Assembly: GCA_963717525.1 (NCBI GenBank)
Contig: OY970343.1
Location: forward strand, 2,048,001 to 2,112,000
From: an uncultured Methanoregulaceae archaeon
GTDB taxonomy: Archaea > Halobacteriota > Methanomicrobia > Methanomicrobiales > Methanospirillaceae
Direction of reading: 5' to 3'
DNA length: 64,000 nucleotides
Under the pieces are notes generated by a model that saw only the letters and a list, made by a program, of their open reading frames with translations, had not been told where the DNA came from and made no database searches. Made by a program: the position numbers and the translations under genes. Positions within the stretch are counted from its first letter, which is position 1. Every line of letters starts with the position of its first letter. Below, in pieces: positions 10,368 to 20,839 of this stretch.

Positions 10368-11704
10368 TTCAATTCCCCTCTGAACGCCTTCCCCAGCACC
10401 GCCTGCGTCAACCGCTCGCACCGCCGGCCCGCCACCTCAACTTCGCGATCAATCGCATCCGCGCGCTCAAACAGCAAACCGACACGCCGGACAATCTCGC
10501 GCTGCTCGGCAAGGGTCGGGAGGGGGATTTTAATTTTTTTCACGTCTTTACAATTCAGATGTTTTAAGGTAATTCCTGTCTGAATTTGCCGGGTCGCATT
10601 TTGACCGGTTATTGAGGAAAAATATATTGAAAGATAATGCCCATCTAAACTTTCTCCCTTCGGAGTAATTACGATTAATGCGTGACAATTATGCCCTACG
10701 TGGTCATCATCAACAACAGCGGTTTGTCCAATGTCTCCAGATTGAACAACTAATACATCACCTTTTTTCAGAATTGATTTTCGATTTTTTTGATTAAATT
10801 CTTCAGAAATGAACGTTCTTTGATCAAAAATTATTTTATGTTTTTTTATGTGACGAGCCAGAAGATATGGTATTCCGCTTTCGATGTAAATATCTCGGGT
10901 TGGACCAACATAACCATTAGTCAATCTTGAAACATGATTTTCAATTGCCTCAAGTCTCCAACTCTGTGGCAATGAAACCTCTGTATCTTCGTCATTGATT
11001 GATTTCTTTTCACATGAATCGAGCTGCACCAACCGTCCCTCAATCGCAGATTGCAAAACAGCTTCTCGGAACCGTTTCATGATCAACGGCACCCGGTTCA
11101 GCCGCTCGCGGGTGGCATTGACGTGCGACAGGAGGGCTTCGACACGAGCGACGATGCGCTGCTGTTCGGCGAGCGGGGGGAGTAATATCTGTGTATCCAA
11201 TAACACTTGCCGTCCGACACTGGATTGAGATACGTGGTTATTGCAGACCGATTTGAAATAACCCTCCCGCCATTTTTGATGCAATACCATCGCACAAAAA
11301 ACCGGATCGATCAATTCCTTATTGCATCGCAATCTGGTCATATGGTTGGAAAATGCTCGCGGTTCTGGAAGATTGTAGTACGCCGTTTTTCCAACAAGAG
11401 CGGGGCTATTAGTGTTGTTAAAAATCACATCGCCTTCATTTACAAATCGTTCCGGCTTTGAACATTCGGATTCAGGAACAAATTTTAAATCTGTCAGATC
11501 TATTTGCCCTTTTTCGGTAACATTCATTGGCCGAATATGAGGAATTCCTTGACCGTCACGTGTATTTTTACCACATGCAAACCCCGGTTGGATATCAAGA
11601 ATAAGATCCTCACAAAGTTTTTTGAGTTCCCATCCGTCCGGAACTTCAGACTCATCAAAAAATTGCGGGGAATCTGATGATTCGATCTTTGCCGGCTTCA
11701 TCAT
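10364..11704 (-). CDS. hsdS: Type I restriction-modification specificity subunit
   Basis: Two AT-rich TRDs flanked by conserved VPDGW/LPQSW and PPLAEQQRIV/PTLAEQREIV. C-terminus QAVLGKAFRGEL. Confidence 0.93.
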   Translation of the reverse strand: MMKPAKIESSDSPQFFDESEVPDGWELKKLCEDLILDIQPGFACGKNTRDGQGIPHIRPMNVTEKGQIDLTDLKFVPESECSKPERFVNEGDVIFNNTNSPALVGKTAYYNLPEPRAFSNHMTRLRCNKELIDPVFCAMVLHQKWREGYFKSVCNNHVSQSSVGRQVLLDTQILLPPLAEQQRIVARVEALLSHVNATRERLNRVPLIMKRFREAVLQSAIEGRLVQLDSCEKKSINDEDTEVSLPQSWRLEAIENHVSRLTNGYVGPTRDIYIESGIPYLLARHIKKHKIIFDQRTFISEEFNQKNRKSILKKGDVLVVQSGDIGQTAVVDDDHVGHNCHALIVITPKGESLDGHYLSIYFSSITGQNATRQIQTGITLKHLNCKDVKKIKIPLPTLAEQREIVRRVGLLFERADAIDREVEVAGRRCERLTQAVLGKAFRGELK

Positions 11705-13134
11705 ACCCCATGTGTAGTGTCTGATCCGTTCCCGTTCTCCAGCAGCACCACAACCTTCTGGAGCTCGTCCACCGCCCCCCGCAGTTCCTCTATCGCATCG
11801 GTGGCAAGTTCCTCCGGCTCCGGGAGATCGTCCGCATCATCGAGCGAATCGTCCTTGAGCCACTTGAGCGAATCGATCTTGTAGTTCCGCTCCTTGACCT
11901 CGCTGATGTGGAACGAGTGCCAGCGATCTTCTTTCGAGTCCGCCACATTGCGTTTCGAGCCGCCGTTCGGATCGGCGCCGTATACTTTTTCGAACTCTGC
12001 GAAATATTCCGGTGTTAATGGCCGGTCCTTTTTTGTGATCCCCGGCACGTTCGTCCGGTCGTCGTACACCCAGATCGTTTCTGTCGAGAATCCCTTCGTG
12101 AAGAAGAGGACGTTTGTTTTCGTGCCCGGGGAATAGGGCGTGAAGGTGCCGTTGGGGAGTCTCAGGATCGTGTGCAGGTTGCAGTCCTCGGTCAGCACCT
12201 TGAATACTTCGCCAGCCTGGTCTGCAAAGAGCACGTTGTCCGGCACCACGACCGCCGCCCGTCCGCCGGGTTTGAGGATCGTCATCACATGTTGCACGAA
12301 ATTGAGCTGCTTGTTGGACGTGGAAACCACGAAGTCATCCCGGTCCGGTGCCTGGTTTGCACCTTTTGTCCCAAACGGCGGGTTTGTCAGCACCACATCA
12401 AAGCGCCGGCTGTCCGGGTTCTCGTAGATCGAGTCCCCGAATTTGATCTCCGGCTCAAGGTTGCGCAGGAACAGGTTCATCAGCGCTAAGCGGCGCGGGC
12501 GGGCGACAAGGTCCTGCCCAAAGTAGGTACCTTTCCTCACCCGTTTTGCGAGGTCGCGTTCCAGCGCCCCGCCGGTCTTATCGATCAGCCATTCGTACGA
12601 ACAGATCAAGAACCCGCCGGTCCCACACGCCGGATCGCAGATCGTAAAATCCGCTTTCTTCCGGGGATCGGGTTTCACGCACCGGACAATCGACTGGATC
12701 AGGGTACGCGGCGTGAAGTACTGCCCGGCACCCTTCTTTCCCTCGCTTGCCGCTTTTTCCAGAAGCCCCTCGAACGCCTCGGCCTTCACATCAACGTTGA
12801 GTTCGGTCCATGCCGTCTCATCGATCAGGCCGATCAGTTTCTTTAAATTCACCGGGTTCGTGAACCGCGAGAGCGCCCCGGCAAAAATATCGCCAAGAAG
12901 GCCGGGCTGCTGCCCGAGTGTCCGGAGCACGTCCACGTAATGATCGGAGAGGTTGGTGCCGGACTTCTCCATGAGGGTTTTCCAGTCGCAGCCTTCGGGA
13001 AGTTTCACGCTCCGCTCATCGGCCATCTTGATGAACAGGAGATACGTGATCTGCTCGATGTAATCCCCGTAATCGATCCCGTCATGCCGGAGCGTGTGGC
13101 AGAATCCCCAGAGCTTCTGGACAACGTCGCTCAT
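11701..13134 (-). CDS. hsdM: Type I R-M methyltransferase subunit (m6A)
   Basis: GQYFTPR, DPACGTGGFL, TNPPFG. Likely start MSDVVQKLW at 13134. The stop overlaps the hsdS start. Confidence 0.95.
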   Translation of the reverse strand: MSDVVQKLWGFCHTLRHDGIDYGDYIEQITYLLFIKMADERSVKLPEGCDWKTLMEKSGTNLSDHYVDVLRTLGQQPGLLGDIFAGALSRFTNPVNLKKLIGLIDETAWTELNVDVKAEAFEGLLEKAASEGKKGAGQYFTPRTLIQSIVRCVKPDPRKKADFTICDPACGTGGFLICSYEWLIDKTGGALERDLAKRVRKGTYFGQDLVARPRRLALMNLFLRNLEPEIKFGDSIYENPDSRRFDVVLTNPPFGTKGANQAPDRDDFVVSTSNKQLNFVQHVMTILKPGGRAAVVVPDNVLFADQAGEVFKVLTEDCNLHTILRLPNGTFTPYSPGTKTNVLFFTKGFSTETIWVYDDRTNVPGITKKDRPLTPEYFAEFEKVYGADPNGGSKRNVADSKEDRWHSFHISEVKERNYKIDSLKWLKDDSLDDADDLPEPEELATDAIEELRGAVDELQKVVVLLENGNGSDTTHGV

Positions 13135-13245
13135 ATGTTGTACACTGGTGCAACCGGCTCCCGCATTAACATGATCTTTTCTTCTTTTTGTCGCATCCAT
13201 GCATACACCAGTAGCCTGATATCCTACACCGCACTACACTTGAGC

Positions 13246-13476
13246 ATGGAGAGCATTCCCATCCGGATCCGGAAAGAGACCAAGGAGTCGCTCACGAAAT
13301 TCCGGACGCACCCCCGGGAAACCTATGACGAAGTGATCACCCGGCTCATGGAATCCCAGGTTGACGATCTGATGGTCAGCGAAGACACCCTGCATGCAAT
13401 CGAAGAGGGACTGTCGGATATCCGGAACAAAAAGACCCGCGAGCTCAACGAGTTCTGCGACTCCCATGGGATCTGA
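13246..13476 (+). CDS. Putative antitoxin (small RHH-like protein) of a RelBE-type pair
   Basis: 76 aa: MESIPIRIRKETKESL...ETYDEVITRL...IEEGLSDIR. Directly upstream of the RelE-like ORF. Confidence 0.75.
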   Translation: MESIPIRIRKETKESLTKFRTHPRETYDEVITRLMESQVDDLMVSEDTLHAIEEGLSDIRNKKTRELNEFCDSHGI

Positions 13477-13747
13477 AGTGTACTCCGTTCACCTTTCCCG
13501 CGGAGCGCAGAAAGAACTGCTGGCGCTCCAAAAAAAAGATGCCCGCCGGATCCGGGCTGCTTTAAACGATCTTGCCGCTCTAGAAAATCCGCAAAGTTGC
13601 GTCAAGAAACTCAAAGGCCACGAACACGTGCCACTTTATTCCTATCGCATTGGCACGTACCGGGCGATCCTCACCATCGACAATGGCATCCTCGTGATCT
13701 TTGTCATCACCATCGATCACCGGGGAACCGTGTACCGGAACATCTAG
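13466..13747 (+). CDS. RelE/ParE family toxin
   Basis: YSVHLSRGAQKEL...KKLKG...YSYRIGTYRAI...IDHRGTVY. Start is ATG 13466 or GTG 13478. Confidence 0.85.
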   Translation: MGSEVYSVHLSRGAQKELLALQKKDARRIRAALNDLAALENPQSCVKKLKGHEHVPLYSYRIGTYRAILTIDNGILVIFVITIDHRGTVYRNI

Positions 13748-13750
13748 GCC

Positions 13751-16432
13751 TTACGCTGCGATAGCCTCGTTCCACTGCCGGATCAGGTCGGGCAGCTGCC
13801 CGTCAAAGACCCGGTTCGCTTTGCTCCACCCGCCGACATTCGTGAAGATTGGGATACTATCAAAGTCGTCCATCCTGATTGAGAGGTTCGCAATTAAATG
13901 TTCACGGATTTTGTCAAGCCACTGCTGCTGTTCGGGGGTCAATGTGGTTGAGACGGTCATCTTGTCGAAGACCCGGTGGATCCGCTGCTCTGCGGTACAG
14001 AGCGGCTCCTCCTCGCGGGCTGCATGCTTCACCATCGAGATGATATCCACGAGCGCCTTGTTGTACCGCACCTTGTGAGCCATCTGGAGGTTCTCAACCG
14101 TGAACCGGTACCGGGTTGCCGCCAGTTTCTGCTTTAACTCGGAGAGGGCATCCGTTCCCCAGTCTTTCGGCCGGTCCAGCAGGATCCGGATCGCCTCGAT
14201 ATGCTCCGGATTCTCTTTTACAAACTGTGAGAACGCGAGAAGATAATCCTCCGGCTTGTACTCGTGTCCCGCCGAATCCCGGATTAAATACCGGGAACTG
14301 ACTGTATCCACATTCTCATACGCAACCAGCAGCGAGCGCTCGGGCCGGGGATAGTGGAGTAGCAGGTCCTGGAACGCCGGGTTCCGGAGGAGCGTCATCG
14401 TCCCCGTGAAATCTTGCCCGAAGGCGTGCGGCAGATCGCTTGCATAGCGTTTCAGGTTGCCTTGCGGGACATATGCAGCGAACAGATCACGGGCATGCCC
14501 GCTCATCTCCTTGTCGATCCGCTGGAGTCTCCGGACCAGGATCCGGACATTATAGTCCCGGTCCCGGTTGTCCCAGATATCCTTGATTACCTGCACAATC
14601 GATCGTGTTTCCTTCTCGGGCGGCTCTGCGGTGATCCCGGTTGCCTGCCGGAAATATTCGAGCAGCGTCCCGCCAAAACAGTCGAAGACGACAAAGTGGG
14701 ATTTATCAGTGAACCGTTCGCCTTTGCGGGTCCCCCTCCCGAGCATCTGCTCGAAGAGGATACGGGATTTTACCGGTCGCAGGAACACAATAAACTCAAG
14801 ATCCGGAATATCAACACCGGTTGAAAGCATGTCTACGGTCACCACAACCGCCGGCATCGGCCGGTTCCTGAACTCGCGGATATGCTGGAGTGGCCGGTCA
14901 ACCTTGCCCGTGATCTTCTGGACAAACGAATCTCCCTTCCCGAACACGTCCCGCGCAATATCCACCAATTGATCCGCATGGGAGGTATGCGACAGGTCAT
15001 TCACGGCAAAGATCAGGATTTTCGGGAATCGCCCAAACCGCTGCTCGTGCTCTTCCGCATATTTCCGGATCTCGGAAAGGATCTTCCGGTTGGAATCCGG
15101 GGAGGTGATCGACCGCTCAACTTCAGTCGTATCGAACTGCCGCTCGTCCTCCATATTATCGAATGACTGAGCACCCGATGATGCATTGATCATCCCGACC
15201 TGCTCGCCGGCCTGAAGGAAGATCCCATTCATCCGCACATTTGAATCGAGGGCAACCGCATCGTAGTCCACGAGGAATCCTTCCCCCACGGCCCGGGCAT
15301 AATCGTACCGATACACGATCTCCCGGAAATACGCCATCGTGTGAGCCGCCGGGGTCGCCGTCAGACCGATCTTGATCGCATCGAAATGATCGAGTGTTTT
15401 GCGCCACACCGATTGCTCCGCAGCGGTATATCCCCGGTGACATTCGTCCGCGATGATGAGATCGAAGGCATGGATCGGGATATCCATCTGCTCCGCATCC
15501 TCATCGATCGGTTCATCGCCGGTGCCAAAAACCGCGTTGCGACCGAAGAGGTTGATCGTCATCCGCTGGATCGTGCAGATATAGACAAAAGCATGACCGG
15601 GTTTTGGCTCAAGGAGGTAATTCGAGGGAATCACTTTGGGATCGAACTTCTCATCATCCTCAAAATCCTCCCGGAAAAATCGCTGGCTGTAGACCTCGTA
15701 AGACTTGTCAAACTTCAGCCCCGGCCGCGCTTCAAAGGACGCAAACGCCTTGACTGCCTGCGCAGCAAGAGCCCGGCGATCTACAAGGAACAGGATCCGT
15801 TTTGCAACACCGGATTCCATCAGCCGGAACGTCTCGTTTACCATCGTGTAGGTCTTGCCGGTCCCGGTCGCCATCGCAACGAGCATCTGGCGCTTCCGGT
15901 CCCGGATCGCCTGCTCGATCGCCGCGTTCGCTTCGGCCTGGTAGGGGCGGAGCATCGGGTGAACATTTTCCCATTCAAGAAGGCGCTGACAGGAAATCTC
16001 AAATTTTTCTTTGAGTCGTTCTGCCAGTGCATCGGGTGTATGGAATTTTGCGATCGTGCGTGAACGGCTCAGTGGATTACGGATATCGTGAAACCAGATG
16101 ATTTCGCCATTTGTGGAATAGAGAAAAGGTGCACGAAATCCGGAAAAGTTAAACGGACTTTTCGAAATTCCCTGAGCGTATCGTTCGGCCTGAGTAAGGA
16201 CATTCTGAGGGCCGAGCGTGAGCTTCTTTGCTTCTATCACCGCGACAATTTTTCCCTCAAGACAAAGTGCATAATCTGCCGGTCCGTTATCTGTTGGAAA
16301 TTCTTCAAGAGCGTACTTGGAGTATTGCGAAAGATCCATCCCTGATTGATAAAGTGTAATGGACCAGCCCGCAGATCTCAGCTGCGGATCAATCCTTTTT
16401 TTCCGTGTCACCACTTCAGGTTCTTCGCTCAT
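13751..16432 (-). CDS. hsdR: Type I restriction enzyme R subunit (EcoAI/EcoEI-like architecture)
   Basis: Nuclease motif ADYAL...IEAKK, Q-motif LRPYQ, MATGTGKT, DECHR, LTATP, STGVD, QMLGRGTR. Confidence 0.93.
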   Translation of the reverse strand: MSEEPEVVTRKKRIDPQLRSAGWSITLYQSGMDLSQYSKYALEEFPTDNGPADYALCLEGKIVAVIEAKKLTLGPQNVLTQAERYAQGISKSPFNFSGFRAPFLYSTNGEIIWFHDIRNPLSRSRTIAKFHTPDALAERLKEKFEISCQRLLEWENVHPMLRPYQAEANAAIEQAIRDRKRQMLVAMATGTGKTYTMVNETFRLMESGVAKRILFLVDRRALAAQAVKAFASFEARPGLKFDKSYEVYSQRFFREDFEDDEKFDPKVIPSNYLLEPKPGHAFVYICTIQRMTINLFGRNAVFGTGDEPIDEDAEQMDIPIHAFDLIIADECHRGYTAAEQSVWRKTLDHFDAIKIGLTATPAAHTMAYFREIVYRYDYARAVGEGFLVDYDAVALDSNVRMNGIFLQAGEQVGMINASSGAQSFDNMEDERQFDTTEVERSITSPDSNRKILSEIRKYAEEHEQRFGRFPKILIFAVNDLSHTSHADQLVDIARDVFGKGDSFVQKITGKVDRPLQHIREFRNRPMPAVVVTVDMLSTGVDIPDLEFIVFLRPVKSRILFEQMLGRGTRKGERFTDKSHFVVFDCFGGTLLEYFRQATGITAEPPEKETRSIVQVIKDIWDNRDRDYNVRILVRRLQRIDKEMSGHARDLFAAYVPQGNLKRYASDLPHAFGQDFTGTMTLLRNPAFQDLLLHYPRPERSLLVAYENVDTVSSRYLIRDSAGHEYKPEDYLLAFSQFVKENPEHIEAIRILLDRPKDWGTDALSELKQKLAATRYRFTVENLQMAHKVRYNKALVDIISMVKHAAREEEPLCTAEQRIHRVFDKMTVSTTLTPEQQQWLDKIREHLIANLSIRMDDFDSIPIFTNVGGWSKANRVFDGQLPDLIRQWNEAIAA

Positions 16433-16643
16433 GGAGATTCAAGACCGGTCAATAATATAGAATTTTTATAAATCCTCAAACGTTATGTGTTACGATTCAA
16501 ATTATGAAAATATTCGCTCACACATAATCTTCACGAAAATTTTCTGGAACGCCCCTCATTCAAATCCCTCTCTCTCATCCCCTCCCCCTCCCACCGCCTG
16601 TCTTAAAAACCCCGCCCATATACCGCCCCATTCGCCAAAATAC

Positions 16644-16890
16644 GCCAAAATTGAGCCCCATATAATGCCCGTAATCGGCCCATAGCGGCCTTTCTGCAGC
16701 CTCTTTTTCCGGGATCATACAAAACACAAACGGCCCTGAGATCGGCCAAAGAAACGCGAATACGTGAACCGTTTATTTCGTCCGATTGCAAAAATAAGGC
16801 TGAACTGGGCTTATTTTGAAAAGAATCCCGATACGGGCTCCGTTTGGGTACCGGAAGAGTGAATCCGGGCTCAAATCGGGCCCGGATGAG
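16644..16890. repeat. 247-bp non-coding dispersed repeat, copy A
   Basis: Shares six identical blocks of 11-22 nt, in order and at near-identical spacing, with 36319-36565. Contains several hairpins. Confidence 0.85.
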
Positions 16891-17094
16891 CTCAGCTCAG
16901 GACCAGTCCTGCGGGGGGTTGGCGTGACAGGATATGATACATTTTGTACTCAACCGAATACATTCTCAAGTCGTACGGGAGGCGCCCGCCCGTTCGCGAG
17001 CCCCGAATGCGATCACGGGGCCGCGGTCCCGGCAAAAAAGATCACAGCTGTGCTGGCCGGTCCTGAACGCGAAAAAAAAAATTCTGCAGGATTC

Positions 17095-17427
17095 TTATTC
17101 GTTATACCGCCGCTCGTTGATCTTTGCGGCCATGATAAAATCGTTGAGGGTCAGCCCTCCGGCCGGGTACGTGTAATACCCCACGTCCACGAACCTCCCC
17201 TCCCGCATGGCCAGGTCCGGGATGTGCCCCTCGTCAGTGGACATGGTCAGCACATCGTTTAAGAATTCGATGGACTTGTCGCTGTCATCGAACGTGAACG
17301 TGCGTGTAAGGTGGCCGTTTTCAAGGGACCAGCCGGGCACCTCTTTTAAGATCTCTACCGTATCCTTTCGCGTGAGGGGCGGCGAGCCGGGCTTATAGGT
17401 TGAGCATTTTTTCTGCGCGAGTTCCAT
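17095..17427 (-). CDS. Pterin-4-alpha-carbinolamine dehydratase family protein
   Basis: LAQKKC...W.L...LTRTFTF...EGHIPDL...GGLTLNDFIMAAKI. Confidence 0.85.
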   Translation of the reverse strand: MELAQKKCSTYKPGSPPLTRKDTVEILKEVPGWSLENGHLTRTFTFDDSDKSIEFLNDVLTMSTDEGHIPDLAMREGRFVDVGYYTYPAGGLTLNDFIMAAKINERRYNE

Positions 17428-17616
17428 GGATATGTGTCCACCCTGTAACCAAAAAAGGCTTTTCTAAAAAGAAGCAGGCAGGAACTGGATTGCATCCGGC
17501 AGCCGCCACGGGGAAAACCCTGGCCCCCGGGAACCCGTATCAACTCCTCAGCAATTTCCGGTAACCCTGCACCTGGCAGGCCGGCTGCCCGCAAAGACCA
17601 TAACACGCCCGGCACA

Positions 17617-19787
17617 ATGGAGTACTACGAACAGGCCATCGGTATACGCGAGCCTGCATGAGTCCCTCCGGGCGGTCCTTTCCGAGCGGCTGGGCTGGAG
17701 CGAACTCCGCGAGGTGCAGGAACAGGCGTATGAGGCGATCCGGGGCGGAAGCGACACGCTAATTATCGCACCGACAGCCGGAGGCAAGTCCGAGGCCGCC
17801 CTCATCCCGGTCCTCGACGATATCCTGAAGACCGGTGCAAAAGGTGTGGCCTGCCTCTACCTCTCTCCCTTAAAGGCGCTCATCAACGACCAGGAGGAAC
17901 GGATCGCCACGTTCTGCCGGCCTACCGGGCTCTCCCTTGCCAAATGGCATGGCGACGTTCCCAAGGGTGAACGTGGGTGGAACCCGGATGATGCCCCGCA
18001 GTTTTTGCTGATCACCCCGGAATCGCTCGAAGTCCTGCTGCACGAACACGGGCCTGTCGCAGCTCTGACGCACCTGCGGTACGTTATCGTTGACGAATTG
18101 CACGCGTTTGTGGAATCTGAGCGGGGCGTGCACCTCAGGATACTGCTCGACCGCCTCGACCGGATCGCTGCTGCCCCGGTGCAGCGTATCGGGCTTTCCG
18201 CAACGGTCGGCAACCCCGAGGAGGTGCTCGCGTGGCTCTCGGGTGGGCGGGGCAGCCGCCGGCTCGTCGCCGTGCCGGCGCCGGCCACGGAAAAAAAGTT
18301 CCGGTTTGTGATCGAGCCCGATCCGGGCCGGAGGATCGATGCGCTTGCCGGCCTTGTCTCCGGTAAAAAAGCGCTCGTCTTTGTCAACAGCCGCAGCACG
18401 GCAGAGTCGATCCTGCAGGAGGCGGCCGGTCGGATAAAAAACCTGCATATCCACCATTCATCGGTCGCTCCCGCCAAAAAGAGGGAGGCCGAGGAGGCCT
18501 CCCACGGCGCCGGGGGGGCATGTATTATCTGCACGAGCACGCTCGAACTCGGCATCGATATCGGGGACCTGGACATCGTGGTGCAGGTCGGCCCGCCCGA
18601 CTCGGTCTCCTCGTTTTTGCAGCGGATGGGCCGGAGCGGGCGGCGGGATCAGTCAGCGTTTGTCGCGTGGCTCCTTGCCGACCCGAAGGAACTTCTCACC
18701 AGCTGTGCGGTGATCGAATGCGCACGGGAAAAGAGGATTGAACCCCTCCGGCCTCCGGAAAAACCCTGGAACGTGCTTGTCCAGCAGATCTTCCTCCACG
18801 TCCTTTCTGCGTCCCGGGCCGGCCGGGGAACGATCGTGCGCGATCTTCTCTCGCTCTTTGTCTTTTCGCACTTTTCCGTTGAGGACGTGGACCGGCTCCT
18901 TTCTTCCCTTGTCTCTGCCGGCTACCTTTCTGCCGATGGGGAGATGCTGGTGCTGGGGCCTGAAGCCGAGCGGGTGTTCGGGCGGTCTAATTACCGGGAG
19001 CTGTACTCGGTGATCCCCGGGGGTGGCGAGTACCCGGGTGGTGACACCGGACGGAGAGGTGGTGGGCAGCCTTGACGCCCGGTTTGCACACCGTACGGAA
19101 CCGGGGAATTTCACCCTCGGAGGGGCGACATGGTCAGTGGTAAAGTGCGATGAAAGCCACAACCTCGTGGTGGTGGTGCCGGGCGGTCACAACAAAGGCA
19201 TTTCCCGGGTCTTCTGGTCGGCCGGCGGAGAGGCTGCGCTTTCTCCGGTGATTTGCGGTGCGGTCCAGCGGATTATCGCCCGGGGGGAACTGACCTTCCC
19301 CTTAGCGAGACCGATGCGGAGGCACTCCGCGAAGCGATCGGTGCGTTTCCTGCCAGCATCGGCGAACAGGGCCTCTTTGTCCGGAAGGAACGAGGGCATG
19401 CCGGCCCGGAGGTCGTGGTGTACTCCTTTGCCGGCAGCCGGATAAACCAGGTGCTCGCCCTCCTGCTCCGGGGGGCGCTCGGCCGGGGCAGGGTCAGGTA
19501 TGACGATTACCGTGTCCGTGTCTTTGGGGCCGGAAAAGGCCGGGGTTGCAGAACACGTAGCCGATGCCCTTCACAAGATCCCTGCCCTCCCGCCCGGGGA
19601 AGCATCTGCGTTTCTTCCCCTGCCCGCCCCGGACCCGTGGAAGTTTGCACGGACGCTCACAGAAGAACAGTTCCGGGCCATGGTCAGCACGGATTATTAC
19701 TGCACCGCCGATGTCCTCCAGGCCCTGGCGCGTACCCCGGTCGTCGTTCTGCACGGGGAGGAGCCGGGCCCCGGGGCAGGCGCGTGA
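17617..19787 (+). CDS. Lhr-like DEAD/DEAH-box helicase with 3-4 single-base frameshifts (~17620, ~19034, ~19285, ~19535); sequencing errors or pseudogene
   Basis: APTAGGKSEA, SPLKALINDQ, TPESL, DELH, LSAT, STLELGIDIG, QRMGRSGR. The C-terminus is rebuilt across ORFs 19023, 19253 and 19500. Confidence 0.8.
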
Positions 19788-19879
19788 ATGGCAGCGCCGG
19801 GGATACACAAGCGCTTTTTGCCGTTCCGGATCAGCTTTATCGGTACAGACCTGCGAATGATCTACAGGAGAACTCCGTC

Positions 19880-20326
19880 ATGAAGTACATGGTCATTCTC
19901 TGCACGGCCGCGGCCGCCCTCCTGATCGTCGCCGGGTGCAGCCAGATCTTTCCCCCGCTGCCGGCCCCGGCCACCCCGGCTCCGACCCCCGGCCCGGCAG
20001 CAACCACGCCGGTCGTGATCAATGTCAACCCATCTCCGACGGTCACGTACCCGCCTACGTCGCCCCTGCTCTCGTATACTCAGGTCGTCATCCAGAACAT
20101 GGCATTCAATCCCCCGGTGATCACGGTGAGCGCCGGTTCCATGGTCCGGTGGGTCAACAAGGATACGGTCACCCACTCGGTCCTCTTCCCCGCATCCACG
20201 CACATCAGTATGTTCGGGCTCTCCCCCGGCCAGGCATTTTCCCAGACGTTCTCAACCCCGGGCGTGTACAATTATTCCTGCAGCATCTACCCACAGATGC
20301 AGGGCACGGTCATCGTCACCCAGTGA
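19880..20326 (+). CDS. Cupredoxin (plastocyanin/halocyanin-like) lipoprotein
   Basis: Lipobox-like LIVAGC, Pro/Thr linker, FNPPVITV..G..VRWVN.D..THSV, YNYSCSIYPQMQG. Confidence 0.85.
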   Translation: MKYMVILCTAAAALLIVAGCSQIFPPLPAPATPAPTPGPAATTPVVINVNPSPTVTYPPTSPLLSYTQVVIQNMAFNPPVITVSAGSMVRWVNKDTVTHSVLFPASTHISMFGLSPGQAFSQTFSTPGVYNYSCSIYPQMQGTVIVTQ

Positions 20327-20395
20327 TACCGGCCTCCGCGGCCGGGGTTTTTGGAGAGGAGCGGGAATAACAGAGCGGAAAAAATGCGGTCCCGG

Positions 20396-20599
20396 TCAGA
20401 AGCCGGCCAGCCGGACCATGGCACCGACAATGATGCCAAACATGGAGGAGGACGCCGATAGCATCCCGAGCAGGATGTACCCGGCCACGACCCCTATTTT
20501 AAGCGGTGTATAGGTACGGTTGATGTTGAGGCGCCGTACCGTACGAAAAGGCCTCACATCGGCAGAGATCTTCGGCTTGTTCTTCTTGATCCGGAACAT
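20396..20599 (-). CDS. Small hypothetical membrane protein
   Basis: 67 aa, basic N-terminus, hydrophobic C-terminus. GGAGG RBS-like motif and AT-rich region upstream. Confidence 0.5.
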   Translation of the reverse strand: MFRIKKNKPKISADVRPFRTVRRLNINRTYTPLKIGVVAGYILLGMLSASSSMFGIIVGAMVRLAGF

Positions 20600-20839
20600 G
20601 GTCGTTTTCCTCCGGTGTTTCAATGGGCCGTCCTCTACAGCCCCCGGCCGGGATATCCTGAGATATGCTATACTATGGACAGGACATATTTAATATTTTT
20701 TTATTGGGGTAAATAAAAAAAACGTGAAAATTTTTGATTTTATTCTTATTAAGGGCAGAATTTTCAGTTATTTGTAATGTTTAAGGCGATATACCTGAAT
20801 TAAGGGAGAGTACCCTGAAAAAAAGGGTGTGAATCCATA

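Noticed and set aside
10364..11704. Phase-variable or invertible hsdS
   Set aside because: Only one hsdS is present, with no silent TRD copies, inverted repeats or recombinase. The internal similarity is the normal conserved-region duplication.
9434..16640. Type I R-M block as a delimited mobile element
   Set aside because: No TIRs, TSD, att repeats or mobility gene could be found at its edges, so it is treated as an accessory locus only.
16644..16890. Conserved-block/spacer pattern as a CRISPR array
   Set aside because: The blocks within a copy differ from each other, so there is no tandem direct repeat, and there are no cas genes in the window.
19253..20326. Apparent helicase-cupredoxin fusion ORF (357 aa)
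   Set aside because: An artefact of the Lhr frameshifts. The cupredoxin has its own AGGAG RBS, an ATG at 19880 and a signal peptide.
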